Assembly: GCA_963663255.1 (NCBI GenBank)
Contig: OY760141.1
Span: 1,541,295 to 1,605,294, forward strand
DNA from: Acidimicrobiales bacterium
GTDB lineage: Bacteria; Actinomycetota; Acidimicrobiia; Acidimicrobiales; Bin134
Direction of reading: 5' to 3'
Length of the DNA: 64,000 nucleotides
Below are positions 54,876 to 63,618 of the stretch, piece after piece. Below the pieces are notes generated by a model. The model did no database searches. It worked only from the letters and a program-made list of their open reading frames with translations, and was not told the origin of the DNA. Position numbers and translations under genes: made by a program. The number at the start of each line of letters is the position of its first letter. The stretch's first letter is position 1.

Positions 54876-56014
54876 GAATCCGGCCCCAAATCAAGCAATC
54901 GCCGGGCGACAATGTTGCGCTGGATTTCTGCGGTGCCCCCGTAGATGGGTGCTGCCTTGGAATAGAGGTAGTCGGTTCGCCACATGGCCGCGTCGAGATC
55001 GTCGTCGAACTCCACCACGCCTCCGAGCAGGTCGCGGGCCGCCTCGAACAGCTCCAGTTCGGCCGATGTGATGAGGATCTTGTCGATCGACGTCTCCACG
55101 CCGAGCTGCTGGCCGCCGGCCAAGCGGTGCTGGGTATCTCGGGATCGGCTGCGGAAGGCGACCAGCGACTGAAATGCCTGGCCTAGGGCCTTGGCCGCGG
55201 TATCGCTGCGGTCGCCCAAAGCCGCCACCTGGGCCACCAGGTCGGAGCAGCGCCGGTGCAGCAGGGCTCCCCGGTGCCAGAACGTGGTGGACCGCTCGTA
55301 GGGGAGGATGTCCATGGCCACCTGCCAGCCCCCGTTCTCCTCGCCGATGAGCCGATCGGAGGGCACGAACACCTCGTCGTAGTACACCTCGGCGAAGTCA
55401 TGCCGCCCGTGCATGGTCTCGATGGGGCTGAAGGTGATGCCGGGGGAGTCCACGTCCACCAGCAAGGCGGTGATGCCCCGATGGGCGCTGCCCGGCTCTC
55501 CCGTGCGGACCAACAGAACGCAGCGCTGGGCGTACTGGATGAAGCTGGTCCAGATCTTCTGGCCGCTCACCACCCAGCCGCCGTCGGTCTTGGCCGCCCG
55601 GCACGATATGGAGGCCAAGTCGCTGCCCGCGTCCGGCTCGGAGAATCCTTGGCACCACATTTCGTCGCCGCGGATGAACGGCGGCACCAGGCTGGCGGCA
55701 ATCTCGGGACGGGCGAAGTCGATGACCGTGGGGCCCAGCACTTCAATCATCGTCCAGGGGCTGGGGTCGGCCAGTCCCCGCAGGTTGATCTCCTCGCCGA
55801 CGATGGCTCGCAGAAGCGGAGATCCTCCCAGCCCGTTGACCGATTCCGGCCATCCGTAGCGGCCGAATCCGGCATCGTAGAGGGCCCGTTTGACGTGGGA
55901 GTAGTGGGCCAATTGCTCGTCCATCGTCCCCGCGCCCTCGTACGGCGGGGTCAGCTCTTCGGTGTTGGCGTCGAGCCATGCCTCCAGTTCGCGCCGAAAA
56001 GTCGCGGTATCCAT
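54872..56014 (-). CDS. Acyl-CoA dehydrogenase, probable catalytic (alpha) subunit
   Basis: FSEPDAGSDL, GITALLVDVDSPGITF, IYGGTAEIQRNIVARRLL. ATG 56014 (MDTATFRREL) is preferred over TTG 56023. Confidence 0.85.
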   Translation of the reverse strand: MDTATFRRELEAWLDANTEELTPPYEGAGTMDEQLAHYSHVKRALYDAGFGRYGWPESVNGLGGSPLLRAIVGEEINLRGLADPSPWTMIEVLGPTVIDFARPEIAASLVPPFIRGDEMWCQGFSEPDAGSDLASISCRAAKTDGGWVVSGQKIWTSFIQYAQRCVLLVRTGEPGSAHRGITALLVDVDSPGITFSPIETMHGRHDFAEVYYDEVFVPSDRLIGEENGGWQVAMDILPYERSTTFWHRGALLHRRCSDLVAQVAALGDRSDTAAKALGQAFQSLVAFRSRSRDTQHRLAGGQQLGVETSIDKILITSAELELFEAARDLLGGVVEFDDDLDAAMWRTDYLYSKAAPIYGGTAEIQRNIVARRLLDLGPDS

Positions 56015-56034
56015 TGCTGCCAAGACGATTGACG

Positions 56035-56373
56035 TTACAGCGGTGGCTCGCGGACCATCTCCAAGTCAGCCGATCCGCTGTCGGGGACGCGGGGCTGGCG
56101 CCACGCCTCTACCGGGAACGACGCCTCGCACAAGGAGAACGCCATCAGCAGCAGATTGCGGGCGTCGTCGGGGAGATCTTGCAGGTCGAAGCGGTCGCAG
56201 TGCTCGAGGATCTCGGTCAGCCGGGGCATCATGGCGTCATAGAAGGCCTGCATCTCGTCCATCGACGAGGCCAGGCGCTTCTCGTAGCGCTCCCGCCAGG
56301 TATCGAGGGCCCAGTCGGCAAACGGGTCCAGGTCGGCGAAGCCGGGGGGAAGCGTTGCGGTGTCGCTCATCAT
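56035..56373 (-). CDS. Small acidic hypothetical protein (about 112 aa)
   Basis: Coding-like GC3 and an in-operon position. Its ATG overlaps the Rieske stop (TGATGATGA junction at 56367-56375). I recognise no motif. Confidence 0.5.
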   Translation of the reverse strand: MMSDTATLPPGFADLDPFADWALDTWRERYEKRLASSMDEMQAFYDAMMPRLTEILEHCDRFDLQDLPDDARNLLLMAFSLCEASFPVEAWRQPRVPDSGSADLEMVREPPL

Positions 56374-57683
56374 CACTCACCGTTGGCCGAGGCCGGGGCC
56401 GGCATCCACGGGTAGCTGGTCGGGCGGCCACCGGCTTTCACCTGCTCTCGAACCGCGGCGTGGTGGTGGCGGCAGAGGATCTCCTGGTCGTTGAGCATGA
56501 AGGTGTCCACCACCTCGCTCTCGATCATGGTCTGGGTGGCTTCCAGGGTGTTGGCGTCTTGGAAGGCGTACTCCTTGAACGTCGAGAAGGCGAACTCCTG
56601 GGCGGCTCGCTGGCTGGCGTTCTCGGGCGGGGCGAAGTTGAGGGTCGACTCGAACAGGTGCTTGCTGGGGCCGAGCGGCCAGTAGGTATAGGTGAGGTAC
56701 CAGCCCGTCTCCCAGAACAGGATCATGAAATTGGGCCAAACCAGAAACGAGTCGATGCCCCAAGACCGGTGCTTGGACGGGTTGAGCAGCGGCGGCAGGT
56801 CCTGGTTGTCGTTGACAACATCGGGCTTGTCCCACGGGCCGAACAGGCCGCTGCGCAGCAGGTTCTCGATGGGCTTGACCATTCTGGGATCTTTGGGGGG
56901 CGACATGCCGCCCCATGACGACACCATCGAATGAGGGCTGAACAGCTCGTAGTGGAGGCCCTCGAAGCCAATGCTGGCCAGCTTCTGGGACTCTTCGGCG
57001 GTCGCTTGGCGCTGGTGCAGCACCGGTGCGTGGTAGAACTCGACGAAGGCGTCGATGAACAGCTTCCAGTTGCTGTTGACCTCCGAGCGCACCTCATAGG
57101 TCTGGGTCATTTCGCCAAACGGGTAGCCGGCGAGGCCTTCAGAGAGCGGGGACAGGGCCTCGGCCAGCGTCTGCTGGGGCTCGGGGTCGAGGTTGACGAA
57201 GATGAAGCCCTCCCACACGTCGCAGGCCACCGGGACCAGGCCGAGGGAATCCTTGTCGACGTCGAAGAACTCCTCTTCCTGCTGGATGAACGTGAGCGAG
57301 CCGTCTAGGTCGTAGCGCCAGCCGTGGTACTTGCAGGAGAATTGGCGGCACACCCCGGAGGTCTCCTCGTTGGGGTAGTCGTCCCACACCAGCTTGTTGC
57401 CCCGGTGGCGGCACACGTTGTAGAACGCCCGCACGGTGCCTTCCCGGTCTTTCACCACCACGATGCTCTGCTTGGCCCAGGGGAACTCTTTGGTGAAGTA
57501 GCTACCTGTCCGGCCCAAGCGCTCGACGCGCCCGACACACAGCCACTCCTTCTTGAAAATCGTGTCGATCTCCTGCTGCCAGTAGTCGGGGTCGTAGGAG
57601 TCTTTGTACGACACCGGGCCGGTTCCCAAACCGGGATAGTGCTCGGTCCAACTGCCCTCGGCTGGTTTGGGGAAATGGGCCAT
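56373..57683 (-). CDS. Rieske [2Fe-2S] non-heme-iron oxygenase, alpha-subunit type
   Basis: Rieske motif CRHRGNKLV...CKYHGWRY. C-terminal catalytic domain with FVEFYHAPVLH. AAGGAGG SD overlaps the upstream stop. Confidence 0.9.
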   Translation of the reverse strand: MAHFPKPAEGSWTEHYPGLGTGPVSYKDSYDPDYWQQEIDTIFKKEWLCVGRVERLGRTGSYFTKEFPWAKQSIVVVKDREGTVRAFYNVCRHRGNKLVWDDYPNEETSGVCRQFSCKYHGWRYDLDGSLTFIQQEEEFFDVDKDSLGLVPVACDVWEGFIFVNLDPEPQQTLAEALSPLSEGLAGYPFGEMTQTYEVRSEVNSNWKLFIDAFVEFYHAPVLHQRQATAEESQKLASIGFEGLHYELFSPHSMVSSWGGMSPPKDPRMVKPIENLLRSGLFGPWDKPDVVNDNQDLPPLLNPSKHRSWGIDSFLVWPNFMILFWETGWYLTYTYWPLGPSKHLFESTLNFAPPENASQRAAQEFAFSTFKEYAFQDANTLEATQTMIESEVVDTFMLNDQEILCRHHHAAVREQVKAGGRPTSYPWMPAPASANGE

Positions 57684-57692
57684 GGGGCCTCC

Positions 57693-58919
57693 TTAGCGCT
57701 TGTAGACCTGGCCGTTTTTCATCACGAACTGCACTCGTTGGAGCTCGGAGAGGGGGTCTCCGGGCATCCCGATGATGTCGGCCAGCATTCCGGGGGCGAT
57801 GCGGCCGAGGTCGGGGGCGTCGATGAGGTCGGCGCTGACCACGGTGGCGGCCCGAATGGCCCCCAGCGGGGTCATGCCCCGCTTCACCAGCGTCACCAGC
57901 TCCTCAGCATTGCGGCCGTGCCAGATGGCCGGAGCGTCGCTGCCGGTGGCGATCTTCACCCCAGCCTCTATGGCCTTGGAGATGGTCTGGCGGGCCTTTG
58001 GGAAGACCTTGGCGGCTTTTTCCTGGAGTTCGGGTGCTTGATCGCTCACGTCCCAGTTCTCGGTCAGCGCGGTGGTGCTCACCAGAAACGTGCCGGTGTC
58101 CACCATGAGCTGGATGGTGTCGTCTTCCATCAAAAAGCCGTGCTCGATGCAGTCGATGCCGGCCTCGATGGCCGAGCGGACGGCCTCGTCGCCGTGACAG
58201 TGGGTGGCCACCTTGAGCCCTCGGCGGTGGGCCTCGTCGGCAATGGCAGCCAACTCCTGGGTGGAATACTGCTGCGCCCCGGCTGGCCCGGTGTGCGACA
58301 TCACCCCGCCGGAGCCGCAGCACTTGATCACCTGAGCGCCGTATTTGATCTGGTAGCGCACGGCCCGGCGAATCTGGTCGATTCCGTCGGCCACCCCTTC
58401 TTCCACCGTTATCGGCAAGACGTCGGGGCCGAGGGCCTGGAACATAGTGGGGTCGAGGTGGCCGCCGGTGGGCGTGATGGCGTGACCGGCGGGCACGATG
58501 CGGGGGCCGTCTACCCAGCCGGCGTCGATGGCCTCGCTTAGGGCCACATCGAGAAGGTATCCCCCCGTCTTCACGAACAAGCCAAGGTTTCGCACCGTGG
58601 TGAACCCAGCTCTCAAAGTGCGCCGGGCGTTGGCGGTGGCCCGCAGCGTCATCTTGGCGGGGTTGGTTTGCACCGGGTCGAAGAGCCCCGCTCCGGGCCC
58701 GCCCATGAACAGGTTGACCTCCATGTCCATAAGGCCGGGCAGCAAGGTGAGCTCGGGAAGCTCAATGACTTCGTCGCAGTCGCTGGCGATGCTGCTGTCG
58801 GCGCCCACCTCGGCGATGCGGTCGCCCTCCACTCGCACATAGCCGGGCTCGATTACCTCGCCGGTGTCGATGTCGAGCACCCCTCGCCCGTGCAGGGCGG
58901 TGGACGTAGGGTTGCGCAT
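57693..58919 (-). CDS. Amidohydrolase-family metal-dependent hydrolase
   Basis: MRNPTSTALHGRGVLD start at 58919. GLMDMEVN, KVATHCHGDEA, IEHG, TGSDAP amidohydrolase_1-type motifs. Confidence 0.85.
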   Translation of the reverse strand: MRNPTSTALHGRGVLDIDTGEVIEPGYVRVEGDRIAEVGADSSIASDCDEVIELPELTLLPGLMDMEVNLFMGGPGAGLFDPVQTNPAKMTLRATANARRTLRAGFTTVRNLGLFVKTGGYLLDVALSEAIDAGWVDGPRIVPAGHAITPTGGHLDPTMFQALGPDVLPITVEEGVADGIDQIRRAVRYQIKYGAQVIKCCGSGGVMSHTGPAGAQQYSTQELAAIADEAHRRGLKVATHCHGDEAVRSAIEAGIDCIEHGFLMEDDTIQLMVDTGTFLVSTTALTENWDVSDQAPELQEKAAKVFPKARQTISKAIEAGVKIATGSDAPAIWHGRNAEELVTLVKRGMTPLGAIRAATVVSADLIDAPDLGRIAPGMLADIIGMPGDPLSELQRVQFVMKNGQVYKR

Positions 58920-58962
58920 CGCGGTTCCTTTCCGGATACTTGGAATGTTGTTGCGATAATAG

Positions 58963-58977
58963 GGGAATCTCATTCCC
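58963..58977. promoter_or_regulatory. Inverted repeat GGGAAT-CTC-ATTCCC in a divergent promoter region (candidate TetR operator)
   Basis: Read directly at 58963-58977, between divergent starts 58919 (-) and 59017 (+). A further GGAAT half-site lies at 58942-58946. Confidence 0.3.
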
Positions 58978-59016
58978 AGCCTAACCTTGATCCAAATTCG
59001 CACCTAGGAGGCGGCA

Positions 59017-60333
59017 ATGGCATTTGCCCCCGAGGAACTCACACTTATCAGCGTCGACGACCACATCATCGAGCCTCCTGATCTTTTCGACTCCCATCTT
59101 CCCGAGCGGTTCAAGGCCGACGCCCCTCGCATAGTTCGCCGCGACGACGGCGCCGACGTGTGGCGCTTCGGCGAGGTCGAGGTGCCCAACGTGGCTTTGA
59201 ATGCAGTGGCCGGGCGACCCAAGGAGGAGTACGGCGTAGAGCCCCAGTCGCTGGAGGAGATCCGGCCGGGCTGCTTCATCGTGGACGAGCGAGTCAAAGA
59301 CATGAATGCCTGCGGGGTGCTGGCGTCGATGAACTTCCCGTCGTTTCCTGGCTTTGCCGCCCGACTATTCGCGGTTGAAGACGAGGAGTTCGGCCTCGCC
59401 CTGGTGCGGGCCTACAACGACTGGCACATCGACGAGTGGTGCGGGGCCCATCCGGGGCGGTTCATCCCCATGGCGCTGCCGGTGATTTGGGATGCCGAGA
59501 AGTGCGCCGATGAGGTGCGCCGGGTGGCCGACAAGGGCTGCCACTCGCTGTCTTTCACCGAGAATCCGGCTGCTCTGGGGTACCCGAGCTTCCACGATCC
59601 CTACTGGGACCCGCTGTGGACCGCAGTGTGCGACACCGACACGGTGCTGTCGATCCACCTGGGGTCGTCGGGCCAGCTCAGCTTTCCCGCGCCCGACTCG
59701 CCCCCTGATGTGATGATCACGCTTCAGCCGATGAATATCCAGTCGGCTGCCGCCGACCTGTTGTGGTCGCGGGTGCTGAAGGAGTTCCCCGCCATCCGCA
59801 TCGCCTTGTCGGAGGGGAGCACCGGGTGGGTGCCCTACTTCTTGGAGCGGGTCGACCGCACCTACGACATGCATCACCGCTGGACCGGCCAGGACTTCGG
59901 CGATCGGATGCCCAGCGACGTGTTCCGCGAGCACTTTCTCACCTGCTTCATCTCCGACCATACCGGGGTGTACCTGCGCAACCAGATCGGCATCGACAAC
60001 ATCAGCTGGGAGTGCGACTACCCCCACAGCGACTCGGCTTGGCCCGATGCCCCCGAGGAGCTGGCCCAGCTCATGACCGAGGCCGGGGTGACCGAGGTCG
60101 AGGCGGCCAAGATGACCCACGAGAACGCCATGCGGTGGTACTCGTTTGACCCCTTCGCCCATGTGCCCCGCGAACAGGCCACCGTCGGTGCGCTGCGGGA
60201 GGCTTCTGCCGGGCACGACGTGAGTATCCGGGCGATGAGCAATCGAGAGAAGTTGACTGCCGAGCAAGTCCAGGCCCGCTGGCAGAACATGGGCCAGGGC
60301 GGCGCAGGCACCGGCGCCCAGCGGGCCAGCTAA
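59017..60333 (+). CDS. Amidohydrolase_2 (ACMSD/decarboxylase-hydratase-like) family protein
   Basis: AGGAGG SD 7 nt upstream. LISVDDHIIEPPDLF N-terminus and WECDYPHSDS C-terminal metal motif. Confidence 0.8.
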   Translation: MAFAPEELTLISVDDHIIEPPDLFDSHLPERFKADAPRIVRRDDGADVWRFGEVEVPNVALNAVAGRPKEEYGVEPQSLEEIRPGCFIVDERVKDMNACGVLASMNFPSFPGFAARLFAVEDEEFGLALVRAYNDWHIDEWCGAHPGRFIPMALPVIWDAEKCADEVRRVADKGCHSLSFTENPAALGYPSFHDPYWDPLWTAVCDTDTVLSIHLGSSGQLSFPAPDSPPDVMITLQPMNIQSAAADLLWSRVLKEFPAIRIALSEGSTGWVPYFLERVDRTYDMHHRWTGQDFGDRMPSDVFREHFLTCFISDHTGVYLRNQIGIDNISWECDYPHSDSAWPDAPEELAQLMTEAGVTEVEAAKMTHENAMRWYSFDPFAHVPREQATVGALREASAGHDVSIRAMSNREKLTAEQVQARWQNMGQGGAGTGAQRAS

Positions 60334-60337
60334 GTCG

Positions 60338-60991
60338 ATGAAGGTAGACGAGCGGGCTGGCGGCACGGCATGGCGGGATCGGGCCATCGAGCGCTCGACT
60401 CGGAACGCCCGGGAGCGGGCGGCCAAGCGGGTGCAGCAATTCCTGGACGCAACCCGCGAGGTGATCGCCGCGAAGTCTTCGACCGAGTTCACCGTTCAAG
60501 AGGTGGTCGATCAGTCCAAGCAGTCAGTGCGGAGCTTCTACCAGTACTTCGACAGCAAGCACGAGCTGCTGCTGGTGCTGTTCGAAGAAGAGATGGGAAT
60601 CGCGGTGGCCCGCATCCGGGAAGCGACCGCCGACGGCGACCCGCTAGAACGGCTGGAGCAAGTGGTGCTGATGCTGTACGACCTGTGCGCGCCGGGGCGG
60701 GTGTCTGAGCAGCCGCTGTTCGCCGAGTTCGCCCAGCGGCTGCTGGTGGACCACCCCGAGGAGGTGGTGGCTGCTTATGCCCCAGCGACTGAGTACGTGG
60801 CCGAAATCGTGGAGGATGTCGGAGAAGCCGGTCTTCTACGCGAGGGCCGCCCCCGTCGGCTGGCGGCAATCGTCTTGCAGACCGCCACCGTCACCGCCGG
60901 CCGGAGCACCGGGGTGCGCCAGCCGATCACCGGCGAAGAGGTCTGGCAGTTCTGCCTTCACGCCATCGTCCCCGATCACAAACTGTCGTAG
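60338..60991 (+). CDS. TetR/AcrR-family transcriptional regulator
   Basis: N-terminal HTH region FTVQEVVDQSKQSVRSFYQYFDSKHELL, then a helical ligand-binding domain. Confidence 0.85.
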   Translation: MKVDERAGGTAWRDRAIERSTRNARERAAKRVQQFLDATREVIAAKSSTEFTVQEVVDQSKQSVRSFYQYFDSKHELLLVLFEEEMGIAVARIREATADGDPLERLEQVVLMLYDLCAPGRVSEQPLFAEFAQRLLVDHPEEVVAAYAPATEYVAEIVEDVGEAGLLREGRPRRLAAIVLQTATVTAGRSTGVRQPITGEEVWQFCLHAIVPDHKLS

Positions 60992-61260
60992 TCGACCACC
61001 GCGTCGCAGTCGGGGACTGACTGGCAGGTGAGGATGAAACCCTCCTCCACCTCGTCGGGTTCCAGCGCCTCGTTGGCCCGCATGGTGACGCTGCCCTCCG
61101 TGAGAAACGCCATGCAGGTCGCGCAGTTGCCGGCCTCGCAAGAAAACGGCGGGCTGAGCCCTGCCCTCCGAGCCGACTCCAGCACCGTGTCGCCCTCGAT
61201 GTAGTCCATCGTGCGGCGCTTGCCCCGGAAAATGATGGTCAAGCTGATGGGGTTGTTCAT
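60976..61260 (-). CDS. Plant-type [2Fe-2S] ferredoxin
   Basis: CEAGNCATC...LTCQS cysteine pattern (Cx4Cx2C...C). ATG 61260 chosen because the longer ORF would overlap the upstream SDR. Confidence 0.8.
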   Translation of the reverse strand: MNNPISLTIIFRGKRRTMDYIEGDTVLESARRAGLSPPFSCEAGNCATCMAFLTEGSVTMRANEALEPDEVEEGFILTCQSVPDCDAVVDYDSL

Positions 61261-61294
61261 CTCGTCCGATGGCTGCACCTTGGAAGCTTCATTC

Positions 61295-62011
61295 CTAGCT
61301 GACGGCGGCGACCACTCCGCCATCGACCAGGATGTCGGTTCCGGTGATGAAAGAGGCCGCGGGCGAGCACAAAAAGGCGACCACCGCGGCGATCTCCTCG
61401 GGGCGACCGGGGCGGGCTAGCGGTCCAATCTCCATGAGTTCTTTGGCACCTGAACCTGAATCCATCTCAGCGTTGCCCATGGGGGTGGCGATCACGCCCG
61501 GTGAGATGGAGACGCAGCGGGCGCCCCTCGGTCCCCAGGCCACCGCCGTGCGGCGCACCAGTTGGATCACCCCGGCCTTGGCAATCCCGTAGGCCATGCC
61601 GGGGTCGTGGGTGGCGGTGAGGATCTCTTCGCCGAGCGGATCGTCGAGCAAGTCGAGCGTCTCTTCTGGGATGTGGGGTCCGACCAGGTGGGCGGCCATA
61701 GAGGCGATGCAGACGGCGACGCTGCCCTCGCCGATCAGCGGGTCGAACACGTCGAACACCCTGGCTGTGCCGGCGAGGTCGACGTCGAGCACTGTGCGGG
61801 CGTCGGCCTGCACCGGGGAAACGCCGGCGGTCACCACCAACGAGGCAAGTTCATCGACCTGGCTGGCCAGGGCCTCAATGGATGCCCGATCAGTGATGTC
61901 GCAGGCCACATCGCCTCCGGAGATGTCGGCCACCAGAGTGGTTCCCGGCAAGAGCGGCACGGTGGCAGCCCCGATGCCTGAGGCTCCGCCGATGACGACG
62001 TTCATAGCCAT
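61295..62011 (-). CDS. SDR-family oxidoreductase
   Basis: MNVVIGGASGIGAAT and YGIAKAGV (YxxxK). Confidence 0.85.
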   Translation of the reverse strand: MAMNVVIGGASGIGAATVPLLPGTTLVADISGGDVACDITDRASIEALASQVDELASLVVTAGVSPVQADARTVLDVDLAGTARVFDVFDPLIGEGSVAVCIASMAAHLVGPHIPEETLDLLDDPLGEEILTATHDPGMAYGIAKAGVIQLVRRTAVAWGPRGARCVSISPGVIATPMGNAEMDSGSGAKELMEIGPLARPGRPEEIAAVVAFLCSPAASFITGTDILVDGGVVAAVS

Positions 62012-62104
62012 AGCGGTTCGACGGTACCATCAACCTGTCGAAGCGTCAGCGGCGGACAAGCGGTTGCGAAGGGCGTCCAGTCGACAGAAAAGCAATGGGC
62101 GGGG

Positions 62105-63166
62105 GTGCTCGTGTCAGATCAGAACCTGTCACCGGTGAGGGGCCGCCGGGTTGTGCAGTGGGCGACCGGCAATATCGGGCTGAGAGCACTGCGCCACGTG
62201 ATCGAGCACCCTGGCCTCGATCTGGTCGGCGTGCGGGTCTATGACCCCGAGAAGGTGGGCACCGACGCCGGCGAACTGTGCGGCTTGGCATCGGTCGGCG
62301 TCGAGGCGGTCGGCGATGACGATGCCGTAGTGGCCCTGCGGCCCGACTGCGTGCTCTACATGCCGCGGGAGGCCGATGCCAGCGCCCTTTGCCGCTTGCT
62401 GGAAGCGGGGATCAACGTGGTCTCGACCTGCGGGACGATTCACCACCCGCCGAGCATGGATCCCGGTTTGCGGTCCCGGCTCGAAGAGGCCTGCGAGCGG
62501 GGCGGGGCCACCATTCACGCCACCGGCAGCAGCCCCGGTTTCATCACCGAAGCCGTCCCGCTGGTGCTGGCATCTATCCAGCGCCGGCTCGACCATCTCA
62601 CCATCGATGAGTTCGCCAACCTGTCCCAGCGTCCTTCTCCCGACCTCCTTTTCGGTCAGATGGGGTTCGGACGCCCGCTGGCTGAAATGGATCCGAGGCG
62701 CTTTACCCATGGTCGGGAGAGCTTTGGGCCGTCGTTGCGGCTGGTGGCCGACGCCCTGTCGATACCGCTTGATGATCTGGTGTCTGGCGGTGAGATGGCA
62801 GTCGCGACTCGGACGGTGGACATCGCGGCGGGCACTATCGAGGCCGGCAAGGTGGCGGCCCAGCGGATCACCGTCGGCGGGATGCGCAACGGCCGCGAGG
62901 TGCTGACGTTTCGGGCTACGTGGTACTGCACTGAGGACATCGAACCCGCCTGGCCCCTGATGTCGACCGGCTGGCGGGTTTCGGTGGAGGGAGACGCGCC
63001 GCTGGAGGTGGATCTCCGGTTTCCGGTCACCCTCAGCCAGATGGCCTCGGTGACCCCGGGCTATACCGCCAATCGAGCGGTGAACGCCGTGCCGGTGGTG
63101 TGCGACGCTGCTCCAGGGATCCGCACCACGCTCGATTTGCCGCCGATCGTGCCGGTGCTGGGCTGA
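62105..63166 (+). CDS. DapB-N-domain NAD(P)-dependent oxidoreductase (2,4-diaminopentanoate dehydrogenase / native amine dehydrogenase-like family)
   Basis: VVQWATGNIGLRALRHVIEHPGLDLVGVRVYDPEKVGTDAGEL N-terminus is typical of this family. GTG start at 62105 or 62111. Confidence 0.65.
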   Translation: MLVSDQNLSPVRGRRVVQWATGNIGLRALRHVIEHPGLDLVGVRVYDPEKVGTDAGELCGLASVGVEAVGDDDAVVALRPDCVLYMPREADASALCRLLEAGINVVSTCGTIHHPPSMDPGLRSRLEEACERGGATIHATGSSPGFITEAVPLVLASIQRRLDHLTIDEFANLSQRPSPDLLFGQMGFGRPLAEMDPRRFTHGRESFGPSLRLVADALSIPLDDLVSGGEMAVATRTVDIAAGTIEAGKVAAQRITVGGMRNGREVLTFRATWYCTEDIEPAWPLMSTGWRVSVEGDAPLEVDLRFPVTLSQMASVTPGYTANRAVNAVPVVCDAAPGIRTTLDLPPIVPVLG

Positions 63167-63183
63167 GATCGGGGATCTGATCG

Positions 63184-63615
63184 CTAGCTTGCCTCTGGGG
63201 CCGGTCGGCCGGGGTCGTGGGGGCGGCCGGAGTCGCGGGATCCGCTGCGGCGCAAGAAGGTCATGGAGCGGGTGGCCAGCCGCCAACCCTTGTCGGTGCG
63301 GCGGTAGGTGTCGTTGTAGTAGCCGATCCGCATGTCGTGGTTGGATTGGTCGACGAAGCACAGCGGCTGGGTTCCGGTGGCTTCGTCGCCGTCGAGGTCG
63401 ATTTCGGGGGGTCCGACCAAGAACAGGCCCTTGGGGGCGGCGGCCACCAGCCGGGGGAAGTCAGCCAGGGCGTACTCGTCGCCGAAAGCGCTGTAGGTGC
63501 CGTCGGAGGTGAACACCTCCATCACGGTGTCGATGTCGTCTTTGGTCATGCCGACGGCATAGCGGGCGAGCAATTGCTCGATCTCGATGACGTCGGCCAT
63601 CTGGGCTTGGTCCAT
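63184..63615 (-). CDS. SnoaL-like / NTF2-fold protein
   Basis: IEQLLARYAVGMTKDDIDTVMEVFTSDGTY and ...YYNDTYRRTDKGWRL pattern typical of SnoaL_4/NTF2-like proteins. Confidence 0.7.
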   Translation of the reverse strand: MDQAQMADVIEIEQLLARYAVGMTKDDIDTVMEVFTSDGTYSAFGDEYALADFPRLVAAAPKGLFLVGPPEIDLDGDEATGTQPLCFVDQSNHDMRIGYYNDTYRRTDKGWRLATRSMTFLRRSGSRDSGRPHDPGRPAPEAS

Positions 63616-63618
63616 AGG

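Noticed and set aside
55962-56918. A 318-aa plus-strand ORF across the ACAD/small protein/Rieske junction, plus several other Arg-rich ORFs (46420..47610, 14927..15910, 48779..49720, 24727..25836)
   Set aside because: These are alternative-frame or antisense shadows of genes with clear motifs. Their extreme Arg/Gly/Pro content is typical of non-coding frames in high-GC DNA.
62129-63361. A 410-aa minus-strand ORF overlapping the DapB-like gene and the NTF2-like gene
   Set aside because: It is Arg/Pro/His-rich with no motifs. It conflicts with two ORFs that have recognisable family signatures.
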